Position numbers and translations under genes: made by a program. The notes beneath the pieces were generated by a model, which was not told the DNA's origin, ran no database searches, and saw only the letters and a program-made list of their open reading frames with translations. Source: Piromyces finnis finn (lineage: Eukaryota; Fungi; Neocallimastigomycota). From it: a stretch of DNA of 64,000 nt. Where the stretch lies: NCBI GenBank assembly GCA_002104945.1, contig MCFH01000062.1, positions 1 to 64,000 on the forward strand, read 5' to 3'. Positions 13,183 to 27,936 of the stretch are shown piece after piece (the stretch's first letter is position 1; each line of letters starts with the position of its first letter).

Positions 13183-16100
13183 ATGACATATCGAAAATAC
13201 ATAATGTATATTATAGAAAAATTATCTTCTTAATCTTTCTTTTATAAATCAATATAATATATTTAATAACATTTTATAAATTATATTATATTTCATATAT
13301 CCTTATCATCAAAAGATATAGGGGGATATTATTTTTGATAGTTTACCTCTTTTCATTTGTTAATGCAGGAATTGGTAAAAATAATATTTATTAAAAAAAA
13401 AATACCTATTATTTACAGGAAAATTATTTTAAATACTAATATAATAAATAATTATTTAAAATATATCACTGTTATTAATAATAATAAAAGAAATTCTTCC
13501 ATGTCCAGAAAAGATTAATATAACAAATGTTAATTGTCTTGATGAATCTGATGCGATTGCTGATAGTTATTGTTTAAAAGGTTCATATATTTACTCTTTA
13601 CGACAAGATGGATCATCAATTTGTTATAATAAATTTAATAATATGGGAAATAATATAATTAAACTCAATGAAAATTCTATTGAATTTCTTAATTTTAATT
13701 CCATTAGTATATCAGAAAACGATATTTCAAATATTGCTATTATAAGTTGTAATACTAATAAAAGTGTTACATGCTTACAAACTTCGGGTATAATAAAAGA
13801 TAAGGATTCTAAATTTTATGGAATATCAAAAAATAATTCAATACCAAACTATGAAATGAACATTTCAAATACATCATGTATTTCCAATGTGGGAAATTTA
13901 ATTACATTTAATGAGACAGTAAGATTATGCTTGTCTGAGTCTATACATATCCCTTTAGCCAATTTTGAAGAGAATGATGCTTATTATATAATGGATAATA
14001 TTAATAACACTAAAAGTCCTTTTTTTAATAATGATATATCTGATGAAAAAATTCTAATTAAATCATTTCCTAATTATTTTATTAATTCTGTAAAAGGTAA
14101 ATAGTATATAGTATAGAATAACTAATTACAATACTATATATATTGTGCCTTAAATTAATGTTTAAACTCTTTAATTTATATTTAAAAAATATTAATACTT
14201 TATATTGATATACTTAGTTTTTGATAATGTTTATGTTGATTATAATACCTATATTATTACAAAAAATGTTTACAAGGGAATATTTTTAGATAAATGTTTC
14301 AATTGCATTTATGGAATTTGTAGTGGTCAAAAAACAAGTAGGATAAAAATATATAAAATATATTTATTACTTTGATTCCTTATTTAATCTTATAATCTTA
14401 TAAAAAACTCTTTTTTTTATTTTATTTTTTAAATTATGTATAAAAAGTTGAAACAAATTCATATTTATTCAAGTATGATTTAAAATCATCGGTTACCTAT
14501 GGTTATATATATACATTAACTAATGTCAACAATGGAACAGTTATTTCTGAAATTCCAATGGAACCATCCGTTAGAGCATTTATTATAAATGAATATTTTG
14601 ATTATAATAACTATACTTTGATGTATACTGATTCATATAATTATAATGTTGGTGTAATGATTAAAGATGAGCAATTTATGGATAAAAGTTTAAACGAATC
14701 AATATTGTATAGAACAAATCTATTTTACTGTCATTCTGGTATTTGTAGTACTACTCAAGGATTTATAAAATATTTAGATAGTGTTAGTAATACCATTATG
14801 ATTTCTTCATGTGATAGTATGTGTAAACCTATCACTAATGTTTATAATAGTTGTAATACCCAATATTCAGTTTATTATGATATAGGTTTAGAAAAATTCT
14901 TTTATTGTTCGAAACCTATTCATAAAAATGAAATCCTTCCCATAGATCTTACTACAAAAGATAAACCATTATCATTTCTTGTCGAATATGGAAATTCAAG
15001 TGTTGATACTGAACCAACCTTTTTTTTATTATTAACCGACAAAAATGGAAATTGCATTGGTTATTCAAATACAAGTAATAATAATAAAAAAAACATTCAT
15101 TTATTTTTAGATATTAACATTATATAACTATTGATATAAATATAATATTTTATAAATGTAAAACTTTTGTATTTATTTTTTATAGATAATAGTGGTCTTT
15201 TATTTGATTCAAACAATGATGGAAAAAATGAATTTCTAAAATGTAATAATAGATATTCTGGTTCTGGAATCGAAAACGAAATAATTCAGTGCACTCATAA
15301 AGATAATTTTAATGGGTATATAATAAATGCTTTAGGAAAAAATAATGAAGTAATTTTTTGTCAGAATAATCAATGCAAAATTACATCAGTTCAAAATGGT
15401 TACTTTTTAGGTGAAATAGGTTCATTAAATGAAAGAGTGTTAATTAAATGTAGAAATACTCAATGTAGTAATGAAAAACAAATAGAGTCTGATGAAACAA
15501 ATATTTGTTATGGTATTAATGGTCAAGTTGTTTTAAGTACAAATAATAAAGCGAGATATTGCAATGAAGGTAATGCTATTAAATTACAGAATAATGATAA
15601 CTATTTCACATTAATGAATGTTAATGCGAGAAAGACCTACCCATTAATTGAACCAGGAAATGATGTTATCATACTTAAAGTTTCAAAATATTCTGTAACT
15701 CAGTTAATCACTACTGATTCAGGTAATAAAAAAAAATTCTATCTTTATTAAATTTTAAAAGTTTCCTATTTGTAAATATAACTGTCGAAAAATTTATATA
15801 TCCAATTAGGTATAAGTTATGATTCCACTAATAATGAATTCAGTTTAGAATCTGATTGTTTAAGTAATGATTTAAAAAAATATTATTGTTCAAGTATTTG
15901 CAAAACATGTACCAACTATAAAGAAAAACATACCATTTATGATTCTCAAAACCAACCCGATATATGTAACTAAATAAATTATTTTTTAAAAATAATAGAA
16001 ATATATGAGTATGAAAACATTAAACTATTCAATATAAATTTACAGGTGATGATTTCGAAGGTGTAGTTGAGAGCGAGGAGGAAGAGACATCAATTGCTGA

Positions 16101-16215
16101 TATTGATGATGAATTTTTAAATTCTAGCAATTCCATTTCTATTTTAAAATCATTTAAATTACAAAATTATATTTTCTGCATATTTATTATTTTTATCGTT
16201 TTAAATATTATATAA
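13183..16215 (+). CDS. Multi-exon Cys-patterned cell-surface protein, scaffoldin-like, with a C-terminal hydrophobic anchor
   Basis: Exons 13183-13205 and 13322-13374 splice to the signal peptide MTYRKYIMGILFLIVYLFSFVNA. Internal exons carry C-x3/4-C...G(Y/F) motifs (LFYCHSGICSTTQGFIKY, VIFCQNNQCKITSVQNGYF, LIKCRNTQC, YPLIEPGNDVIILKVSKYSVTQ). The last exon has an acidic spacer and then IFCIFIIFIVLNII-stop. The scaffoldin label is from recalled similarity only. Confidence 0.6.
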
Positions 16216-17581
16216 ATAAGAAAAGAATAGATTTTATTTTATTTTTTTTATTATAATAAAAGTAGTACTTATCAATTAAAGTTATTATCACAACATTACT
16301 ACAATTATTATAATTAAATATTTATTAGTTTATTCATTAAGCATGCATTTTTATTTTCAGTTTTCTTTTATACGTATATAAACAACTTATTTTTAAAATT
16401 TATAATTTAATCAAAAAAATAAATGAACTATAGTATATAATAATACATAATATATAAAAAGTATATATTATATATTATATTATGAAATTATATATAGTTT
16501 AAAATTTAATATAATATATAATACAATTACCCATAAGTTTAAAGTTTAATCATTTCTTTATATCGTAAAAAAAAAAAAAACGATTTTAATAGAAATATTT
16601 AAAAATAAAAAAATATTTTTCTAGGAATAATTATTGATTAATATTTCTTCATTTCCATAGTTAAAAATTTATTAAATATTATTTTTTAAAAATATTTTAA
16701 ATATTACTTTATTTCTCAATATATATTATTTTTTAATAATATATATTTTATTAATATCACTAAAAAACTACAATATATATATTTTTCCAACTAAATTTGT
16801 TTTTTAAAAAAAAAAATTAAAAGAATAAATAATTCATTTTTTTTAGAATGTTTTTTTTTTTTAAATAGAAATAAGAAATAATTAACTTTATTATATTTTA
16901 ATAATCATAATTAGAGTAATAATAATAATATATTTAATAATTTATATTTTCTTTATTTCCATTTATTTTCTTTTACTTTTTATTCTTTTTATTATAGAAT
17001 AATTGATTTTAAATACCAGAGACCGTCGTCTGTCTAGTTATGACATATTACTATAAATAACTTGAATTTTAATTTTATTAATTCAATCAATTTTTATTAG
17101 TTTGTTAAGTACTAAACTTTTTTAATTAAAATAATTTTTTAAAATTTTTTTGAATTTATGAGATTTTACCAAACAACAATTAAAAAAAAAAAAAAGATTA
17201 ATTTTATTAAATTTTAAAATATATACAATTTATATATTTTTTATTATATAATAAAACCTTTGAATTAGTAAAAGTTTTAACCTTTGTATTTTTTAATATT
17301 GATTAATGCAAAGAATAATATAATTAATATAAATTATTTATATCTTTATTATTAATTAATATTATATCAATATTATTACTATTAATTTCTTACTATTTTT
17401 AAATATAAAAAAAATATTTTTTAAAAGTAATTATTATTGTAATAATTAATTTTTTTTATAAAAATAAAAAAAAAAAAGTATAAAAGAAATAAAAAAAAAA
17501 ATCAGAAAACTATTCTTTATTTATTTTAAAAATTTTACTATTAAAAGTAATCTATTTTTTTAAAAAAAATTAACACGAACC

Positions 17582-18919
17582 ATGCAAGCATTAAAAAAAA
17601 AATTAATTATTGCAGCAACAACTGCTGTTTTATTTTTAGGATACAAGGTCAAAGCCTCTGATTGTGAATACTTGGAGAGAGCAATTAAATATATAAATGA
17701 TGACTTAAAGAATGCTTTTAAAATTGAAAAATGTTGTGATTTCAATGGTGTTCGTTGTGACGCTGATAAAAACATTCGTGAAATTAGAATTAACAATGTT
17801 AATACTACCAAAGATTTCAACGCTTTCCTTGAAAGAATTGCAAACATCCAAAACTTAACTTACCTTGATTTATCTAATGATAACATTCAAGGTTCTATAC
17901 CAAATTCCCTTTGTTCTATCAAAACTTTAAAAAATTTGTAGGTATTTTTTTAAGAGAGAAATAGACACATATAAGAGTTTATATATTTAAAAAAAAATTA
18001 TTATTATTTTTTCTATAATAAATGAGAAATTTAAAAATAAATAATATTATTATAAAAAGAGTCAGTATACTTACACAAAAAATGTTCATAGTATTAATGG
18101 TATATTATTTTATTATTAACAATTTATCAAGAAATTTATCCAAGAATAAGTTGACAGGACCAATTCCATATGAATGTAAAAACTTAGAAAACCTTGAACA
18201 ACTGTAAAATAATATATTAAAATAATATACATATATATATATAGAAAAAATTCGTATTTTATTTTAACTAAATTTAAAATAGTAATTTGGCAGGTAATAA
18301 GGATTTAACAGGTTATATTCCAGTCTTCAACAAAGTTAGAGGCTGTGCTTATAAAGATACTAACTTATGTGATGTTCCAAATTCATATTGTAAGAACGCT
18401 CCAAAGAATTGTACTGAAGAAGATTATAAATTAACTAATGCTATTAATGGTAATCCAGAAACAAACAGTAATACTTACTATGGTTCCGATACCAGAGAAA
18501 GAGATATTTCCCTCTATAATAATTACAATGGTTACAGTTACGGTTATACTGGTTACAATGATTACAGTAATTATGGAAATTATGATCTTAGCAATTACTA
18601 TGGTGGTAACACTGCTTATGGTTATGGTGATTGGAGTTACTATGATCCATCTTATGATAACAGTTACTATGATAATGGTTACTATGGTAACACTTATGGT
18701 TACGATAATGGTTATTATTACCCAACTGGTTATGATACTAGTTATTATGATAATGGTTACTATGGATCAAATTATGGTTACGGTAATTATGGATATGACA
18801 ACAGCGGTTATGGAACTCAAGGTCAATCACCATTTTTTTCTGATGCTCCACAAAAATACCATAGTAAGATTATTCTTTCAATTTTCGTTGTTTTATTATA
18901 TCTTTTAATAAGTCTTTAA
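17582..18919 (+). CDS. Secreted or GPI-anchored LRR protein with a Tyr/Gly/Asn/Asp-rich C-terminal region
   Basis: Exons 17582-17937, 18132-18203 and 18283-18919, all phase 2. Signal peptide, N-cap cysteines, plant-type LRRs (LTYLDLSNDNIQGSIP, LSKNKLTGPIP), GY-rich repeats and a hydrophobic terminus IILSIFVVLLYLLISL-stop. Confidence 0.8.
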
Positions 18920-19477
18920 AAATTATATATTAAATAAAAACTGATATACAAAAAAAAAAAAAAAAATAAATAAAAAAATAAAAAATTAAATATTTAAAAA
19001 ATTATTAAATGATTAAAATAAAGGACTTAAATTTTTGTTATTAAATATGGCACTACTATGTATTGTTTGCTAATGAATGAAGAAGTATTTTTATTTATTA
19101 TTTTAGCATTTCTAATTCTTGTTTTTAAGCAATAACAGGAAAAAAAATTATTTTATCGTTTTTCATTTTTAATCTATTCAATTTTTATGAATATTTTTGA
19201 ATTTGAAATAGTGAGTTTGAAGACGTATAAAAGATTCACACCATTATGTAATTATATTGTTTAATTATTTGATAATACATATGATATAATAGGTATTAAT
19301 TTAAATATGTAGGTAATTAAATTGGAGAAGTGGTATGGTAATTTTTATGATAATTATTTTAAAACAAAATAATTAATATTATAATTATTAATAAGTATTA
19401 ATAGGAAGATGTATCTTTTTTATAATTGAACCTGTAAAAGAAATTCTTTGTAAATTTTTAAAAATATAAATCAATCA

Positions 19478-19498
19478 ATCAATCAATCAATCAATATA

Positions 19499-19533
<35 letters not shown>

Positions 19534-19560
19534 GTAAATAAATATATAAATAAGTAAATA
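19478..19560. repeat. Compound (ATCA)n/(AAAT)n microsatellite
   Basis: Seen directly. Confidence 0.85.
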
Positions 19561-20829
19561 ATTAGAAAGTGTAAAATAAAAGTAAATTTAAAAAAAAAAT
19601 CTTCAAAGAAAAAAATCGGTAATAATAGTTTTTTATTACTATTTCTTAATAGCATTGAAATTTTATACAATAAAATGTGTTAATGTTACTACTCCAACGA
19701 ATTATAGGTTAAGTGAAATTAGTAAAAAGGAGGATAAGTAATGTTTTATTTGTTAAAGTAATAATAAATTTTGAATATATTTAAATAATAGTTATATAAT
19801 TTAAATTGAAGAGAAGGAAGTAGTGATATAAATACTAAATAGATATTATTTATTCATTTTTTTTAAATATTATTAAAGTATCATACAATTTAAATGTGAA
19901 GATTGTCCTTTTGGAAGTGGATGTTTAACTGAAGGTTGTAACTTTGGTGAATTTTTATGTCTTAAATATCTATGTATTTACCTTAAAAAAATATATATAT
20001 ATATATATGTTAAATAAAGAGATATTTTGTAAGCCATAAAAAAAGGGGGAAAACATTAGGAATTTTCTTTAATTATTTAATATATTATAAATCCAAAACT
20101 AAAAATAAAATATATTAATTATGAATATATTCAAAATAATAAATTAATATATAAATTTATTATATATTGTGTTTTGATTTTTAATTTTTAATTCCATGTC
20201 CTTTTTTTAAAAATTTAAAATTTTAATTTTCCATATATAAAACTTTATTTTATAATTTAATTTATTTTCTTATGTTAAGGTATGATATATGTTACACAAT
20301 CATCATGTAAAAATTAATTAATAAAGTTATGATATAAATATCTTAATTTATTAAAATCCATTAATTTTAATATTTAATATTTAATAGTATTAAAAAAAAA
20401 AATAATTAAATAAAAAATAAAATATTTAGTTTATTTAAAAAATATAAAATATTGCTTCTGGGATCATCTTTTTTTTTAATTGAATAATTGATGTATATAA
20501 TTGAAATAAAAGAGAAAAAAAATTTTTTAATGATAAAACTTTTCATATATTTTGATTACTATATTTAACAGTTTTTGTAAATCAGTTTGATATTCAAAAA
20601 AGATTTTCATTAATAATTAAATAAAAAATTTATTAACTTGAAATTTTAAAGTTTATTTATTATAAAATTAAAATTATGTAAAACAAAAAAAAAATCAAAT
20701 ATTTATAGTAAATAAAGTTTATAGAAAAAAATTTTTTTATTAATCTTTGCTTTTTTTATATAAATATATGAAAAATTCTTATTAATTTTTTCTTTTAATT
20801 TACAATTAAAAAAAATAATAATAAACAAT

Positions 20830-21945
<1,116 letters not shown>

Positions 21946-22285
21946 ATTACTTAATTAGTAATTATGTCAATTAAATTAATGTAATTGAATAAATAGAAAT
22001 AGATAAAAATAGACGTATTGATAATTTTAACCTTATATTAATTATATTAATCATACCAAAACGAATAATATATTTAATAGATTATTAAGTAATTAAATTT
22101 CAAATATTAATATATTATTATTAATTGATTATATTATCTATTTAATATATTTTTTTTATATTTATATAGTGATATAAAAAAATCATTTAATTATTAATAT
22201 TGTTCTTTTTTTTTTTTTACTTCTTTGAAATAATTAAAAATAAACTTTAATATAAAAAAAACATCTTTTTATTTTTTATTTTATT

Positions 22286-22531
22286 CCTCTTGGGAACGTG
22301 CCTTCATTTATTTAATAAATGTAGTTTCTCAAGGGGGTCTACTCATGCTCATGGTACTGAGAGAGTAGAAAGAATTAAATCCAAGTATTGCGCAATGGAT
22401 GCTTGGTGCCCTCTTGGGTACGTGCCTTCATTTATTTAATAAATGTAGTTTCTCAAGGGGGTCTACTCATGCTCATGGTACTGAGAGAGTAGGAAGAATT
22501 AAATCCAAGTATTGCGCAATGGATACTTGGT
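22286..22531 (+). repeat. Two tandem 124-bp monomers at the LINE 5' end, plus a degenerate partial copy near 22564-22578
   Basis: Units start at 22286 and 22410 and differ at three positions. Confidence 0.95.
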
Positions 22532-23636
22532 TAGTCTTTATTTGGAAATATTATTAGGACTAAGCTCATGATACTGAGCGAACAGAGTTGATAATTTGAG
22601 TGTTAGTTGTTATATCATATATCCCTTACACCTTCAACTTATTTTTTAGATAGTAGTTGCTTTAACAACTTTTATAACATATTATTTTAAACTTAAAATT
22701 GTTTGATTCGGTAGTATTAAATACTGATTTTGAATATTTCTTGATTTCATTTTTATTTTAGCTTTCATCGATAATTTGTTATCCCAGTTTACTACTTATT
22801 CTCTTTGTTCTTTTATTCCTTTTTTATTCTTTATATGTTGATTAGTCAGATAGTTTTGTTTTTTCAGTTAGTTGGTTATTCCTTTCATTTATTCTTGAGT
22901 TTCGTGTGGGGTGCAGCTTTCATTACTATAATCATATTTAATCTTTTATTTTTTCTATTTTTATTATTTTCGAGGGGCGCGGCTTTTTTTATTTTTCCTT
23001 TATGATTTTATATGATTCTAGTAATATCTTTTTTTATCTCTTATTTTTTTGTAACTCTAGATTTTCCAAGGAATCTCTTTTCTACTAACATTCTTTTGTA
23101 TACTTTTTCTATCTCTTTTCTATATATATATATTTCTTATACTTTATATTATATGTATATTTATATATCTGTATAACTTAATTAGGTTTATTATGGACTA
23201 TTATGGTAAGTATTAACACCTTTTTTTCTTTAACATTTCTATTATCAAAGCTTCTATCCTGGAAAATCAAGTATTCTATTTTTATATTAATCAACACAAT
23301 ACAATAATCATCCAATAAATTATACAATTCTTATTAATATAAAGAGCTTTCAAAATACAGTTATAATACAGAAATCCAAAGTGATAGATATTCAAAATTT
23401 ATCTTCCCGTTTAAAGTCTTCAGTAGAGTTAGAACTAAGTTTGTCAACAACTTAGCCACTTTTCCAGTTATAAATTTAAAATATTGTTTGACAAATAATC
23501 CACTTGCTATATAATATATCCGTCTTTACTATTATTATTTTTATTTTACTATATATTTTATTTCATTATCTTATTTATATCATTATATCAATACTTCAAA
23601 CTATTAATATCTATTGTCATAATAAGTTCTTTCAAA

Positions 23637-26600
23637 ATGAACAATACCAATTGTACTGTACCTACCTTACGACGTGGTCTTCGTTTCTTCGGATCTAACT
23701 CCAATAAATCATATCTAATTTTTATCCATGATCTTAGTTCATGGTCAAAACAACGACTAATGGAATTTCTTTTAAAGGACATTCAACCTTTCAATGATAT
23801 TCTTCAATCCCTCACCAAAAAATATTCACAATCACTCGGTATCTATTTCATTCTTAAAGTCAATGGAAAATGTCCGCTTAAAGCCATGTTACTTATACAC
23901 TCACTTTCTGAAAAACTCCCAATCTCTAGTAAAATATCTTGGAAATTCATTGATAAGCTCAAAAACAATAGATCATGCAAAAACAAACGATCTATCAAAT
24001 CTACTACTGGTCCACTCTCTGACGATTTCTATTTTAGTCATCTAAGCTCTAATGCTTCCTTTTTCAACTTATGTACTTGTTGGAACATCAATGGTTGGAA
24101 CCCGGAGAAAAAGGACGGTGTTTTATACTTCATCTCTGTTTTCAAACCTGTATGTGTCTGTCTTCAAGAAGTAGGTAACAGCCAATTCCTCTGTGGTAAT
24201 GCAATTTCCTCCCCATGCCTACCGAACTATAAACCAGTACACAGACGTGCTAATCCTAAAGTTCCAGGTATGAGAGGACTTTACATTGGTGTTCATAATT
24301 CTTGTTCCTTTACTCCTGAACCTCTTCTATATAAGTACATCATTTCAGTTACAATATTGTCATTTTGGAACCAGAGATGTACCATTGGTAATATTTACTT
24401 CCCGCAAACTAGATGGCCGGATGCTAGATTAATTGCCTTTGATGAACTTGATAAGTGGTTAACAACGCATAACAAATTCAACCACCCAGCTATCCTTGTA
24501 GGAGACTTTAATATGTCAGCTATTAAAATCAAATCTTATATATCACAACACTTCCCGGATTGGACTATGGCTGAGTTAACTGGTAATAATTTTACCTGGG
24601 AAAAAGGATCTAAATCTTCATGCATTGATCATATTATATACAACAAAGCTATGACAGAACACATAAACAAATCTTCAGTTTGTGAAGTTTTCCACGATGT
24701 TTCTGATCACAAACCGATCCTTGTGTCTTGTAAAAAAGACTCTTCGGATGGTTTCAAAAAGCCTAAGAAGACCTTTAAGTGGTCAAGTCATATCTGTAAC
24801 ACAAAGTGTTCTGACATTCTTACTAGTAATCGCTTTGCTGTTCTAGCTTCCGAGCTTGAAGCTAATTGTGATAGCCTTTCGGCTGACGATATGGTTTCAA
24901 GATTTTTAGATACTTCCAAAACTATAGGTAAAGAAATAAAAGCCATTGTGCCTGCAGATTTAAAAGGTCCAGCATTCCATTGCCCTCAATACATCAAAAA
25001 CTTATCACATGAAAAACACCTGGCTTACAAAAATATTAAGCCCCTTTCAGATTGCGCTGACATGGAAAATTATCTTAACCAGTTCTCCATATACCAAAAT
25101 CTATGTAATACCATCAAAAAGGTTAAGAGCAAATTCAGATCCAATCTCTATAAAGCTAATATTGTTTCTATCGGTAAACATTTTATTGATAAAAGCTTTA
25201 GACAAGGTTGGAAAGGCCTTAAAAAACTTGCCAAACCAAGTTATTCGTCCTCCCATGTTTCAACTATTAAGGACAAGAATGGCAAGGATTTATTTACTCC
25301 TCAAGAACAATTAAAACGTTGGGCTGAACATTATGAAAATCTTGCATCTGATGTTACAAATCACAGCTTAAATCGTGGTTACTGGGAAAGAGCCTTCCAA
25401 TTCAACCATATCAATCAAATAGCATGGGATATAAATGGTCCCATTTCTATTGAGGAAATTAGAAATGTTGTTCTGTCAATGAAGAATAACAAGGCTCCAG
25501 GTCCCGATGGTATCCCAATTGAATTTTTCAAAGCTTTCTTTTGTAACGAAGAACTGGAGAAAGAACATAAGTCTGCTGGAAATTGTCTTAAATTAATTTT
25601 TAATAAAATCTGGAATGGTTCCTTTCCTTTGAAATGGAACTCTGCTTCCATTGTTTCTATTCCAAAGAAAGGCGATCTCTCAGACTGTAATAATTATCGT
25701 GGTATTTCTCTCATCAATGTAGGTCTTAAAATTATTTCAAAAATTGTAACTAATAGAATTTCAAAGTATGCTCTTTCTCATAATTTTATAAGACCTGAGC
25801 AATTTGGTTTTCGCAATAAAGAAGAATGTATTAGCTTATTTATTTCCATTAGAGAAATCTGTCAAAGAAGGAAATTTAAAGGAAAAGCCACTTATGTCGC
25901 CTTTCTAGACCTTAAAAAAGCATACGACTCAGTTCCTATTTTTAATATCCTTACAAAGTTATATAAATTAGGTATACGTGGTAAATGTTTTGATTTTCTC
26001 AATAATCTCTACTCTACCTCTAAAGCTCGTGCACGTTTCTTGGATATGCTTTCCAATGAATTCCCTATAAACCGTGGTGTAAGACAAGGATGTCCTCTTT
26101 CTCCTATACTGTTTAACCTCTTTATCAATGATATTTTAAATAAATGTGAAAGGCTTGGAGTTAGCTTAGGTAATAAACGTTGTTGTGGTGGCCTTTTCGC
26201 TGATGACATTGTTTTGATTGCTCCTAGTAAGAAGAACCTTCAAAAGATGCTCAATCTAGTCCTTGATTGGGCTAATTTAAATGAAATGTCTTTTGGAATA
26301 AATAAATGTGCAACTATTGTTGTTAAACCTATCAACTTTAATAGATCCCCTAGTTATGTCGACCCAACATTTTACATCGGTATGTACTCGATTCCAAAGG
26401 TTTCTTGCTATACTTATCTTGGAATCCCATTCGACGAAGATCTTTCTTTGACTCCTATTCTGTCTAATATGTACAAAAAAGTTCAGAATTCTTTATTCTC
26501 TTTTAAGAACTTCCTCACCAACAATTGTGTTCCTATTGGCTTAAAAAACATAGTAATTCATTCTTATATTTTAAGCAAAGTCTCTTATTATGCTCCTTTG

Positions 26601-27936
26601 CTTGGTTCCAACAAAAATAGAACTAGAAGAGTCCAATCTCTTATCAATACTGCTGTTTTATGGAGTGTCAATAGCTTTCACAATAAAAGTTTTAATAACA
26701 AAGATTTTGTTTTTGAACGAAATTCATTTATTAGTCTGTATGCTCTTACAAGAGATATGAAGATCCCTACCCTTTCAGGTATTTGTGCTGCGCAACAAGT
26801 GAAATGCTTTGTTAAATGGAGAAAATCAAATTGTATAATTAAAAATCTCGTCCGATCTATTCCTCCCATGTCTCATTACTCTTGGGCCAAAGAATCTTGT
26901 TCACTACATAAGAAGCTTATGAAAATAAATATTAAAAGTACTAAAGATATTAGAGAATATTATTGGAATAATAGTAGCCTAAATAATGGAAGTAAAGCCC
27001 TCAGATATACTAACAACAAATTCCTTAATTCAAATCGCCTAATGCATATCGGTCTCAACAAACCTCACTTTAAATTTAGGAATTACCTGGATTATTCGTA
27101 TTCGATGCGGTTATGAAAATACTATCCGAATTGCTATTGTCAGTAATAGAGTTACTCCTGACTGCCCTCGTGTCTGTCCATGTTGCGGATTTGACGAACA
27201 ATCTTTTTACCATTGGATATTAGAATGTTCTGCATTCTCTGAATACAGAGCTTCTTCACTTAGCTTTATTGACGATCTTTTTACCCTTTTTTACAATAAA
27301 TATAAGAACCAATTCATCAAATACTTACTCCCTGAAATGGAAGTAAGAAAGACAATTTATAACTATATTTTTACGTTCCTTCTAGGTGGAACTTTAGCTT
27401 ATGATGAGCTACATATCGATAAGGCGGAACAAAGACATTTGAATGAACAGCTTTACAGTTCATCGGGGTCTCATGTTCCATATGTAGAGGGTCTCGCGGC
27501 TTTTCTTACTAAAACAATCCCTATCATTAGTAGCTCTATGAAGCTACTTTTTGATAGGTTTAGTAAGACACCTAACGTAATCAAGAGCGCCGACGTCGTA
27601 CCGATATGGCAAAGGAACATTTCCAATGTTCCGTACACAGGGTTCAATGTTAGTATTTCCTCAAATTCGAATGAAAACATTATGAACTCATGGGAGAGTT
27701 TAGTGGACACCACACTATCATACCTGATGTTACTTCTTTTTTTTATTTCATTTAATTTATTAGGTAGGGACCAATCCCACACAGTACAAATTGCAGAGTT
27801 CATTGAACTTTTATGCAACTTAAATAATTATTTTATATTTTTTTATATTTATATTTTTATTTATATATATTTTATTATTTTTATTTATTATTTATTATAT
27901 CATTATCAATATGTATTATCACCTAATATTATGTAA
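23637..27936 (+). CDS. LINE polyprotein (APE endonuclease, reverse transcriptase, CCHC zinc knuckle) with a +1 frameshift at about 27069-27071
   Basis: APE: WNING, LQEV, GDFN, IDH, SDH. RT: KAPGPDGIP, YRGISL, QFGFR, FLDLKKAYDSV, GVRQGCPLSP, LFADD. Removing one T (the 57-kb copy reads cacttaaat, here cactttaaat) continues the frame through CPCCG..HWILEC into the 27337 ORF. Confidence 0.9.

Noticed and set aside
19879-19947. Exon-like segment IIQFKCEDCPFGSGCLTEGCNF bounded by AG/GT
   Set aside because: I could not build a coherent gene around it. It may be a relic of a decayed Cys-rich gene, but the support is too thin for a feature call.
22286-22531. CRISPR-like array, hammerhead or HDV ribozyme call
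   Set aside because: There are only two contiguous units with no spacers, in a eukaryote. The CUGANGA/GAAA core and the HDV catalytic-C junction were not found on either strand.
23180-23636. LINE ORF1
   Set aside because: Only short broken frames are present, with no recognisable gag-like, RRM or zinc-knuckle motif.
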